Source: Camelus dromedarius (lineage: Eukaryota). From it: a DNA stretch of 64,000 nucleotides. Both the position numbers and the translations under genes were made by a program. Positions 48,666 to 59,910 of the stretch are shown here, in pieces. The notes under the pieces are model-generated. The model was not told where the DNA came from and did not search any database. It saw nothing but the letters and a program-made list of their open reading frames with translations. Where the stretch lies: the NCBI RefSeq assembly GCF_036321535.1, contig NC_087437.1, positions 53,198,001 through 53,262,000 of the forward strand. Reading direction: 5' to 3'. Within the stretch, counting starts at the first letter, position 1. Every line of letters starts with the position of its first letter.

Positions 48666-49429
48666 GTGGGAGAGGGTCAGGCATGTGATGGGGGTCCCTG
48701 CTGGGCGTTAACATGTCTGAGCATGCATAATAGAATAGAAGAGTGGGCCCTGCATACTGATTTACTTGGGTTTTCTTGTATAAAACACACAAAGAAGCTT
48801 GGGCCTCAGAAGGGAGGGGGCTGGGAAAACAAGATGATCAGGTCCTACTCCCTGGCCCTACCCTGCAGACAGGCATCCAACTGAGCCCTTTGCAGAGGGA
48901 GATTGCAGGCAGAGCTGAAGAAGCCATTTTTCTCAGGGGCCCTGTGAGATGTGGAGAATTCCACTGGGCTGTTCAGTGGGAGGGGGCAGGTGATTGCCTG
49001 GCAGAGCCCCCAACAGCTCTGAAAGGAAATCGGCCAGTTGCTGGACCACCCAGTTCTCTGGGAAGACCCCCCTGCTCTGGCCCCTTAGGACTGCAGCTCT
49101 GGGGGCCACCAGTACCAGCTCTTCACTGCAGAAACCAGTAGTGGTAGTTATCATGCTTTGCACTGGAGGGGCCAGGCAGGAGAGGAGAGACCTGCAGGAG
49201 CCCCAGGGAGTGGAGGACTGTGTGTGGGCTGGTGTGGGACACTTCCCACAAAGGGGAAAGAACCAGTACAGTGGGGTTGGGATCATTACTGGACACTAAC
49301 CATAGATTGCTGAGGCCTGGGGCAGTGGGTTACAGGCAGGATCTTGGTTTTGAGTATTTGAAGGCCCATAAGAGCATGGGGTGAATGGGTGTGGGGAGAC
49401 CAGCTCTGCAAAGAACATCCCTGTATGTA

Positions 49430-49560
49430 AATTGTGGGGAGACACAACTTTAACTGAGTTTGTGGAGGAAACATTCTAACTGTCAAAGCTGTCCAAGGCA
49501 GGCATGGGCTGCCTCGAATCAGTTCCAGCTGAGAGGGTGACTCTGGGTCCAAACTCTTTT
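49430..49560 (+). mobile_element. L3/CR1 3' fragment
   Basis: ggaggaaacattctaactgtcaaagctgtccaaggcaggcatgggctgcct. Confidence 0.55.
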
Positions 49561-49602
49561 GCAGAGGGTGCAAGGAGGGGATGGGGATTGGAGAGGTGGA
49601 GG

Positions 49603-49810
49603 GAGTGTTTTTCAAAGTGCTGGCAGAGGACCACCTGCATCTAAAACACCTTGTGGGCAGGGTGTGAAAATGCAGATTTCTGGTCCCTTCAGAAATTCAA
49701 ATTCAGTAGGTCTGGGTGTGGCCTCGGCACCTGCATCCTTACCAAATCCCCCCACCCAGCCCCACCCCGTCATGACAATCCTAATGTGCACTAGAGTTGA
49801 TAACCACTGT
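49603..49810. mobile_element. MER5A-like MITE
   Basis: gtgtttttcaaagtg...aaaatgcagatttctggtccc...agtaggtctgggtgtggcc...agttgataaccactg. Confidence 0.75.
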
Positions 49811-51179
49811 AATAAGGTCTTTGCGGCTGTAAGATTGATGGCGCTACGGTCCAGCGTGTTCTCCCTGCTCTCACAACACCATCAGCAACTACTGCAGAGG
49901 GAATCCCGGAGTCTATAACCCACTCGGTTCCCCTGTGCCTGAACATTAAATATTAGAGAAGTGAGCAAGAGGAGTAAGTCTCCTTTTAACTTCTTTAGCC
50001 TGAATTAAACCTTTTTCTTCCCCCCACAAAAACACTTGAAAGGTTTTTAACATCTCTCTTTGCACTAAAACATGTAGGCAGCTTTCCCCCACAGCATCCA
50101 AAACACTCTGCAAAGGGGGACCCTCCATGCACGCACGGGTACTGGCCTGGGTCCGAGCCACCACTGCTGATTCAGCACGGGACCTCGGAAGAGCCACATT
50201 TGCCCATCAAACACCCCTTCCCTCCAGGTTTATTCTGTTCTGTCAGCGGCCCAACAAAATAGGTAGTATCATCCACAGTTTGCAGATGAACAAACTGAGG
50301 CTCACAGAAAACTGCTTAAAATCCCAGAGTAAGCAGTGGAGCCCCATGCCAGCCAAGGAGGCTAGGTTCAAACCCTGGGCTGTTCCCTGGGCTCCCTGTG
50401 GGGAAGGCCCACCCCCGAGCTCTCTCTGGCTTCAGCAGAGCTCTGGGAAATGGTAGTTATTAGTCATACCTCCTCCCTCCCCGCCTCACAGAGAGGAGGA
50501 AGGAAATTGCAGATCTTCTTGTGCCTTGTCATTAGGATGCTATTAGCCACGAGTGCAAATGTAAACTTCGGTAAGGGTCAGGCAGATGATGTAAATGAAT
50601 GCATTAATCAAGATTTAAAAAATAACTTAGATCTACTTAGCGCATTAAACACAAAAACAGTTTTTATTCCACAAAGAGATATGTCCTAGTTTTTTTAAGT
50701 ACATGGTCTTCTCTGTCTGGCTTTCATTTTTACCACCTTCATGGGGTAGTGAGAATATGAGTAAAGAAAAATCTTTCGCTATCTTAAAAAAATAGCATTT
50801 ACAATTGTTTAACAATAGGAAGATGATAATAAAAGGCAACCAATGTTAAACCCCCATGTTGAGGAGGCCATAAACAGTGGTAGGGATTGTGTCAAACAAA
50901 AAAGTCCATGTTTTATCTAAAGAGTCGTATGGAATATAAGACTCAAAATTCAAAATGAGTATTACGTATGAGGAGTGTGATTGCAGGAAGGATGGGGGTG
51001 TATTCACTAGCCAGTAGCTGGACAGCCGCTATACCTCATTTCCCTAATACAACAAAATCACAGGTTTTCTTTTATAAAGAAGTATAAATCATGACCCCTC
51101 CAAGAATCACCTGGTGATCATCAGGGGAGGGAGGGCCTCCTGACTCTCAGGTTGGAAAACAAAGCAGGGCCTTAGAATC

Positions 51180-51560
51180 CAAGGCTAGCAAACTCTACGA
51201 GGGCATGAAATAGCTCATCATGAAAAGGGCCATAAGGATCATCCCACCAGATGTTAGGACCTATCAGCTGGGTGAGCCTAATTTCCTTCCTTACACTCCC
51301 AACATGCAATGCTGTGTTTTTGTGGATGAGCTGATTTCTTCTTATGAGTCGGGCGGGGGGTGGGGGGAGCGCAGGGAGCAGTTGCTTTCAGCTCCAGTTC
51401 AGTAGGGGCCCAATGTTGCCAGTTTCCCAATTTTTAAGAGAAACTTGAGGTCAACATTTTAATATGAAACTTCCAAATTTTTAAAAGTTGGCTTGAATTA
51501 AAAATAGTCAAACCCTGCGTGGACCAAACATGGCATGTCTGGTGGTCACAGTCAGCGCCC
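51180..51560 (+). mobile_element. MER102-like hAT-Charlie element
   Basis: gggcccaatgttgccagtttcccaatttttaagagaaac...ttttaatatgaaacttccaaatttttaaaagttggc...gtggaccaaacatggcatgtctg. Confidence 0.7.
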
Positions 51561-53016
51561 TCCACATGGACCCCAGGGCATACCAAAGGATATCGTTATC
51601 AGGGTCTCTACAGAATCCTGGGAGAGGCTGTAGTTTGAGAGGTAGAGAGCTAGGTGATGGACTGGAGGACAGAAGAGAAGACTACTCTCTGTGAAGGGTG
51701 TGTATATGTCCCCCTGGTTAAATTGTGATTCTCAAGAACAGGGACCAATTCCAATGTCTCTATTCTACCAGCACCTGTCACTGCAAATGTTCACTGGATG
51801 GAATGGAATGAATGGAGCGGAGGGAGGGATCCCGTTTTGCTGACAGGCTTTCTGGGGGCAGACAAGTGTGACATGGGTCCCATGATCAAGTCATGTTCTG
51901 AGTCTCGCTGCCTCCTGGAGGTATGGGAAGGACACAGACGCTGTCGTCTTCATCTTTGAGGTGGAAAAGAGGAAGACTTTTTGCTGAGAAGAGAGTCTGA
52001 GTGAGGCAGCCTCCTAACAGCAGGCTAAGGGCCACTTCAAACAATTTAGGGAACGTTTCCATTTTTCCGGGTTGGGCTGGAGGGCTGGTGCCTGCCACGG
52101 GCATCCAGAGACCCCAGGACAGCAGCTCATTGGAATGAAACCTAGCCCGGCTCATTCCCTGAACTGGCCTTCACTTGAGGCTCCACCCCCGGCAGGAGGG
52201 ACCAGAATAAATGAGGCGAATAAGATCAGGTGAAGGCAGGTTTGGGGCTCTGCCTTCTTTGTGAACATAACATTTTCCTCCAGGTCTGTTGCTCCCCATC
52301 TGAGGGGCTAGAAAGAGTGAGCCCTGGGAGTCCTCGTTCCCGGACTTTGTACTAGCTGGCTGTGGGACCTGAGAAGTAACCTCTCCCCTCCAGGCAGATG
52401 TGTCCTTGTCACAGAGGGTTGGGAGACATGAGCTCTAAGATCCCTCCTGAGTGAGCATCATGGTTTTGTGATCTTCAAGACAAAGATGCCTTTTAAAGCA
52501 TCCCTGTGGAGTTCCCCCGAGGCTTTTCACCCACCCCCTCCTCCCCAGCCTCCTCAAAGATCTGCACAATTTGTCATTTCCCTCAACCTGCTTCCCATGG
52601 TTCTCACCTGCTGTTCCAGTCAGGTGGGGTGGGGAGGTGGGGTAACCCACAGGGTGTGAAACCACCTACTTAGAGGTGCAAAGTTTCCAAAACCGACCAG
52701 TTGGCTTGAGGGAGGCAGACATTCCATTTGTTTTCTCCTTCTCCCTCTGCACTTTGCTCAAAAAGCCTCTTTTAATTTCCTTTTCCTTCCTGAACAATTT
52801 TTCAGAGATTTTATTTAAAACCTGATAGATTAGCTTCCATCTGGAATGGAACCAATATTTTTTAAAAAGTTTCCCAGGTGATGCCAATGTGCACCTGATG
52901 CAGGTTTTCTCCTGTAGGCACGAACCAAGGAGACAAATGCCCACAGAAGGGCTGTCCTCACCCATGGCCCCCGGAGCAGCTCTCCCCCTTTCTTCCTAGT
53001 CTTCTCTCCTGTCATC

Positions 53017-53434
53017 TGTCCACTGAAGAAAAATTTCACAACCTAAAAGTTACAAGTTATGTTTTATTCTGGGACCTTGCTGTTCTGAAGAGATAAGGGA
53101 GGAGCCAGGATATATAGGAGTTTTTGCTGAAGGAACCCCCCCCCAAAAAAAAAACTAGCCAAACGTCAAAAATTACTGCTAATCACAAAAAACAGACAAC
53201 TCAAGTTAATGATTTTAGTGCTCTTCTGTGTAGGGGAAGATGCAAGAATCTGGACTCACTGAAATTATTCCTTAGAGATCTATCTTATCTAGGGCTAGTA
53301 TCTTGTTTTTCTTCATCCTGACTCTCCCTCAGGGCACTCCAGTAGGGGCAGGAGGGCAGCTGCAGTGGCTGATGGCTTGATAGTGGCAACATCTGTTATT
53401 TACCGAAATGGCGGGTGACTTTTTTTTGTCCACA
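53017..53434 (-). mobile_element. ERV1-type solo LTR (418 bp)
   Basis: Ends tgtccact... / ...tgtccaca, 4-bp TSD catc / catt, minus-strand AATAAA near 53065 and TATATA near 53110. Confidence 0.8.
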
Positions 53435-54514
53435 CATTCCAAGGAAGAGATTGTGAATTGGAAGCTTTCTGGGCTGTGGTGTAATTTTGACTGGGAAATA
53501 TTTAGGAACTAAATTATAAGTATAAAATAGACCTAGGGAAATTCTAAAAGACATTAAACCCATCTAATCACAAAACACAAATCATTAATTAACAACTTGC
53601 TGTGTTCTAGACACCGTATTTTGCCCTACAAATGCCCAGATCTTGCCCTGAAGTTCTCTGTGACATGACCTGATATTTTAGAAATTTGTCTGAGGCTGTT
53701 TCAGGGAAATATTCTGACCTTGGTGTCAGAAGCCAAGTAATGCCTGAAATTACAGTGAGGCATTGCCTTTCTGTCTAGAAAAGGCCAAAGGGTGACTTTT
53801 ATTCAAAGATCTTCCCATGCCATGGAAGAAAGCACTTTCTTACTCACCGTGTTGAACTGATTCCTAGTTGTCCCCATGTCTGCATCCTTCATCCATAATT
53901 TCAAAGCCGTGGAGGGCAGGATGCATGCGTGATATTGATCTTATTCTAGCTCCCAACCCCCTCAGTGCTGAGGCACCAGGAGGGTCATAGGAACAGTGAC
54001 TAGATATTCTTAACAAAAGAAAAAAATCTCAGGCAGAGGATTTCAGCTAACTATGAGGACTGGCAATAATGGAGAAAGAGCTCCGCCCTTTACCAATGGG
54101 TGCACCACAGTCACACTCCTGGACTTTCTCTGTGGGCTTTATTATTTCCTAGGTTTTTAGCGCTAAGATCCTATTACTTGAACACACTGAGAATTAGTTT
54201 GCTATTTAACCCTGGATGGGTTTATTTTTTTAAATGCCGTGTATTTTCTTCTTGAGCTCTTAAAAGAAAGAAGAGTTCTCTCCGTGTAGAATAGTTTAAA
54301 TGTGCTTTTGTCTGCAGGAAGGATGAGTTCTTAGTTCTTCATCAGTTATCTTGCCTCGAATGACTTGACTAAACAAGTCAGTCTTTTTGCACTGCTGCTC
54401 CTCATAGGGACCCACTCATAGTTCTATTTAAGCCTCATGATAGCCCTACAGGGTGTTGTCATTCCCATTTTACAGATAATGAAATTGAAGCTCAAAGAAA
54501 TTAAGCATGTGCTT

Positions 54515-55720
54515 CCTTTTTAAAATTGAATTCGTGTTGGACAAAGTTTACGAAAGTTAGAAAAGGGTAGACAATAAGAATGTGTTATTTAACCCCCTTG
54601 TGCTCTATGTCAAACCTCGACACTTGACAATTTGTGTTGCGGTTGTTGGCTTTGTCTTCTCAAACATGAGCCCTCTGAATGCAGCTCACAATATCTCTTA
54701 TATAAGGAAGACTTCTGGGATTCCTGTCAGTTTCCTTTAAGGTATATTCTCGTAGACTCTCATAGCCCTCACCTGGGAAACACAACTATTTAACGGGTGT
54801 CTCTGTGTCCCAGTAGATTGCAAGTTTCCTGAGAGCAGAAGTCTTGTCTGTTTTGCTCACCGTTATAATCTCTAGCACTTAGACAGTGCTTTGAACATAG
54901 CATGCACTCAATATTTTTTTTTCAAATGCTGCACTGATTTTTTTTCCCTTAGCAGAGGCACTGGGGATTGAACCCAGGACCTCATGTGCACCAAATATAT
55001 GCTCTACCACTGCACTATACTCCCGCCTCCCAATATTTGTTAATTAATGCAATAGATATCTGGTACATCTAACTTTATCCTCCCAGATGTAAGGTGCACC
55101 TAGAGGTGCAAATGCCAGATAAAAAGCATGCAAGTTTTCACTCTTTTTTTGTTTGTTTGTCTTCACTCTTAACAGATAAAAAAGTTGTGTTAATTTACAC
55201 CCCTACCAACAATGTGTAAGAATGTCTGTTTTACCCCACCTTGCCAAACCAGTTTGATCTTTGCCAATCTAAGTGAAGACAGACTCTCCAAATATTTAGT
55301 CTATATTTTTCCTTATTGTAAGTAAAGTTGATCACCTTTCAAATCATCTAAATGTCCTGTGTTTCCTTTTATGTGAACTACCTCTTCATGGCCTTTGCCC
55401 ATTTTTCTTTTGGATTGTAAATCTCATTGTAGTGACTCTTTACATGTAATAAGGAAATTAGCCTTTTCCTATACATGTTACATGTAGTTTTTGCAGTTAG
55501 TCTTTGACTTTGTTCATGGCATTTTTTTCATGCAGTTAAAAAAATACATAGATGAAGTACTTTAAGTTTTGTATATATTATTTCCTGGTTAGAAATACAT
55601 TCTCCACTCCAGCATAGAAAATCTCACATGCTTTCTTCTAGGACTTTTATAGCTCTTTCTCTCTTTTTAAATTAAGTCTTTGATCCATCAGAAATTTGTT
55701 TTGGAGTAAGATATGACAAC
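54515..55720 (-). mobile_element. Old L1ME-type fragments interleaved with an L2 3' end (about 54790-54915, + strand) and a SINE
   Basis: ttaatttacacccctaccaacaatgtgtaagaatgtctgtttt, ttgatctttgccaatct, ctttgcccattttc; L2 tail agattgcaagtttcctgagagcagaag...tagcatgcactcaatatt. Confidence 0.65.
54938..55030 (-). mobile_element. tRNA-derived SINE, camelid type
   Basis: gaggcactggggattgaacccaggacctcatg...gctctaccactgcactatactccc; caatattt lies on both sides. Confidence 0.85.
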
Positions 55721-55859
55721 ATCTTATTTTATTTATTCAGCGAGGTCCTTCAGAGTTGGCTTTATAGGCACTGACCCAAGTTGGGGCTGAACTCTACCTC
55801 TAGACCAGCCCCCTGACTTCAAGCTATTTTAGGCACCTCATCCAGGTGACTCCTTCTGA

Positions 55860-56560
55860 AATTCATTCATTCACTGGCTCCATCGTTCATTTATTCATCT
55901 CTTCGATACTGTGCCTATTATGTCCAATAAATACTTTGTTAAGTGATAGAGATTCAGAGACCAAGATATAGTTTTTCCCCTTGAGGACCACGGACGAGGG
56001 AGCACATAGTAAACAGAAAATTATTTAAACACATGTACACACATGTGCACACATGTACACACACACACACACACAACAAGGATATAGAGGCACTGGTTTT
56101 TACAAAAGCCCAATGAGGATCACCTGGCCCAGGGGTAGTGGTGGTGATGGAACTTCCTGAGGGTAGTGAGCAATGTCTGAGCATCTCAGAGATGATCAGG
56201 CATTAACCAGGCAAGGAGAACCCCAGGGAAAACATGAGCAGAATTAGATAAAAAAAAACTACAAGGAGTTCATGGCAAGAAGTAGAGAAAAATGGGGCTG
56301 GAGATGCAAACAGGGGCCAGATAACAGAAGGCCTTGGGTGTCATGGAGATGACTTGGACCTCATCCTGAGGGCAATGAGAGCCAATAAAGGATCTTAAAC
56401 AAGAAAGTGACATAACCATATGGATGATAGACTTATGAGAACCAACAGTGAAAGGAGGGATACCTGTTGGGAGACCACTGTAACAGTCCAGGTGTAAGAC
56501 AATATAAGTATAAATTAAGACAGTGATGTTAAGAATGGAAAGTAGGAGAAATTTAAGGAA
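55860..56560 (-). mobile_element. L2 3' portion with a (CA)-rich tract at about 56030-56075
   Basis: attcattcattcac...gtgcctattatgtcca; ggggccagataacagaaggccttgggtgtcatgg...cctgagggcaatgagagcca. Confidence 0.75.
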
Positions 56561-56879
56561 TAAAGTGGCACTGAACTCTTTGTTCCTCTCATCTCCTCTA
56601 GCCTATGTAGTCTCTCATTGCTTCCTTGGCTCCCTTCCCTTCAATGCCTTCACGTTTCATTTTCTCCCCTCTCTTGCCTCCCCCAACCAATCCCCTCCAT
56701 TTGTCAACATAACAGGGTATGTCTTTTAGTTGCTGAAGTCTACCCACTCATAGCTTTTGGTCTAGAGAAATTATTTCCCTGTGAAGTAAGTAGAACAATT
56801 TGTGTAGGTGGCAAGGAGCTTTCTGGGAGAAATAAATCAAGTCCCTAACTGCTTTCTTTTTTAAGACTCAGTGATTTCA

Positions 56880-58560
56880 GAACTCATGTGATGAGTTTCA
56901 GTCTTAAAAAGCCAATTGGCCACAGGTGTTCATTTCTTTGCCCTACCAAAACTTTGTCAAAATGGTAATAAAGGAGTAAACGTGGACATAAGAACATGGA
57001 GAACAGAAGGGCAACAGCAGATAAGACATTTAAATGAATTTTTGGAGGATGGAAAGCAGATGAAATAGTGGTCACTCAGTTAGCAGAGAGGATCTTAAGG
57101 ATCTGTCGTAGAAAACCCTGGCGTTAGGTAGAACCACAGACTCCTGAGAAGCTGAGGATTTGGAGGCTCTGCTGAGAAAAACGGATGAGACTCTGGTCTG
57201 AAAACAAGAACCATTGTGTGAAAGTCTGCATATAGTGTGTTGGGATCCCAGACCTCTTCCCCATCCCACATAGCCAGAAAATTGATATTTGCATCTATTT
57301 CTCTGAAAATTCTGACTCAGTGTTTGAAAATCCTAAAGAAAAGCCAATCAACTGATATGTTCTATCCATATACACCAGCGCTTCCTAGTAGCTTTTCAGT
57401 GCCTCACTCTTTTTTTTAAACATTTTTTTTATTGAGTTATAGTCATTTTACAATGTTGTGTCAAATTCCAGTGTAGAGCACAATTTTTCAGTTATACATG
57501 AACATACATATATTCATTGTCACATTTTTTTGCTATGAGCTACCACAAGATCTTGTGATATTTCCCTCTGCTATACAGTATAATCTTGTTTATTCTGCAT
57601 ATGCCTGTCAGTATCTACAAATTTTGAACTCCCAGTCTATCCTTTCCCACCCACCTCCCCCTTGGCAACCACAAGTCTGTATTCTATGTCTGTGAGTCTG
57701 TTTCTGTTTTGCATTTATGTTTCTTTATTTTTTTTTTTGATCTCATATGGTATTTTTCTTTCTCTTTCTGGCTTACTTTCAGTGCCTCACTCTTAAAGTG
57801 AATAGATAGTGAAGGATATGACATGTTAAGGAATGCTTCAAACCAGAGAGAGAAAATCTTCAGAAAACAAAAGGAGATTGGGGAAAACAGACAATATAGG
57901 GAGCATAAAAAATGATATTGCATCACAAAATAAGGACATGGTGCTTTCAGAAAGGACCAATCATAGAACAGGGGAGTCTCAAGGAGAAAAGTAGATGGAA
58001 TTGCTGTGGTTACACACAGGGAAAGTTTAATTGATTGGAATAAGTGAGGGATGATGGAATATTTGGAGGAAAAAAATAATAGATTATAGAGAAACAGGCA
58101 AATGTAAAACAAAGTAATTATAAACTCCAGGAAAAGCTAAAGGCTACACAACAGTGGAAGCATAATCTAACTCATTGCTTGGCTCAACAGTGAAAAATAC
58201 TTGCATAGCCAAAATATTGAAATATAGTGTCAATTTAACCAAATACTATGATGTAATTATATTTGGGAGATGGAGGAAAACGGAAAGGAATGTTGTTACA
58301 TAGAGCTAAGTCTTTATCTACAATGGTAGGAAGTTGATAGGCAATGGCTAAAATTGGTAGGTTAAGACCGAGAAGAGCAGAGGTCTAACGTAGAAGAACT
58401 CGCTAAAAGAGCTGTGCGTAGTTGTTTCTAGAGAGCAGGATTGGAGGAGAGGAGTGTTTCAAACAATGATTAAGAGACTGGTGTTTTCAATATAGGCCTT
58501 TTAGTACCATTTGACTTTCAAGTTATGCACATATGCTACTTTGACTTAAAAAATTAGTTA
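56880..58560 (+). mobile_element. Old L1ME/HAL1-like fragments (host of the young L1 at 57412)
   Basis: A-rich sense strand with aatttttggaggatggaaagcagatg and ttttagtaccatttgactttcaagttatgcacatatgctactttga. Family uncertain. Confidence 0.45.
57412..57776 (-). mobile_element. Young 5'-truncated L1 3' end, camelid type
   Basis: T-rich tail, then ttattgagttatagtcattttacaatgttgtgtcaaattccagtgtagagcac... Perfect 18-bp TSD tttcagtgcctcactctt at 57394-57411 and 57777-57794. Confidence 0.92.
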
Positions 58561-58839
58561 TTGATAAAAAGAACACTGCTAAGGATTGAGACAGACTGGC
58601 TTGAAATCAGTGAACAACAGCAACAAGACACCATAGGCTCCCTATGGCACATAGGAAGCACACAGAAAGTGTCTGCAATTATTATCAATGAGTAGAGAAG
58701 TGAGCAGACTTTGCAAAATCATCCCTGCCTTTGTCTACAGCTGGCAGGAATTTCTAACAGGCCAGCTGTAATACTTAGCTTTGACTTGAGAGCTGGGCAT
58801 GGTAGCTCAGCTGAAGTCAAGAGTAACCCTTAACCTGGG

Positions 58840-59910
58840 GGAAAACAGATTTTTGCAGTGGAGAAACCTGGTAGACGCCACTTTAGCCAAGTAATCAAAG
58901 TTAATGTCCCCAGTGGTATCAGATGACAATCTTCTGTAAGTTTAAAATTATTTCAAAGTAAAAGTTTAAACAAAACTTTGCAGAGAAGAAAAAGCAAAAA
59001 GTAGGAGTACACAATTCACAGAAGTATAAAACAGTCAGTTAATAGGGAAATATGCCCGCACCCCTAAAAGTCATCAAAATGCAACATTTAAAGATTATGA
59101 GGTGTCACAGGAGCCCCACAAGAATGCAGAAAGTTCAAGAAAAGGAAAACAGTGACTACTTGTGGGAATGTCGGGGTAGAAGCTACCCTCAAATGCTGTC
59201 TGTCTTCCCTTATAAGCAGATATACAATAGTAATCCTTTTGGAGATCAACTTCGCTTTATCTTTTAAAATAAAAAATCCACATGCTCTTCCACGTAATGG
59301 TCCTTCTTCTTGGAGTCTATCTGGTAGAAATAGAAGCAAGAGTCCATGGGGATATAATGACCATATTCAATGATGTTTTCCCAAGTGGCCAGGAAAAACC
59401 ACAATTAAAATCCAAACAAAAGGAAAATAAAAAACTAGAAAATGCCAAGGACTAACCCAATAAAAGGAGGAGTTCAATCTGTATAAGAAGACTTGGAGTT
59501 TTTCATATTTTTCCCTTGCCTCACTGGCCTCTGTCCCAGGGCCTCATCCACAAGGTGGTTATCGTGGGTTCCCTGGAATGAGAAGGGAGCTTGATGCAGG
59601 CGGAGAGACATGCAGAAGGGAAGTGGGGAGGTCAGAGAGCAAAAGACTGCAGTCAAAAAAATATCTCCCCAAATAAAAACAGTATGTGTGAAAGAATCTC
59701 ATTTATGTCAAATGATACATGTAGTTATACAACATTTACATATATGCAAAATACTGCCAACAAATGGGTAATGGGATCATCTCAGCGTGGTGGGATTTTA
59801 AGATTTTAAGTGATTTTTTTTAAGTTCTTTCTTCCACTTCTACACATTGTTCAAATTATTCCAAAGAGCATGCATTAATTATATAAACCAAAACAGCAAT
59901 AAAACTGTTT
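58840..59910 (+). mobile_element. Old L1MC/ME fragments
   Basis: cagtggagaaacctggtagacgccactttagccaagtaatcaaagttaat; aaatgcaacatttaaagattatgaggtgtcac; ccaaagagcatgcattaattatataa. Confidence 0.55.

Noticed and set aside
48192..48688. Stack of 100-163 aa ORFs
   Set aside because: All lie in the GC-rich part of a DNA transposon fossil, where stop codons are depleted by base composition.
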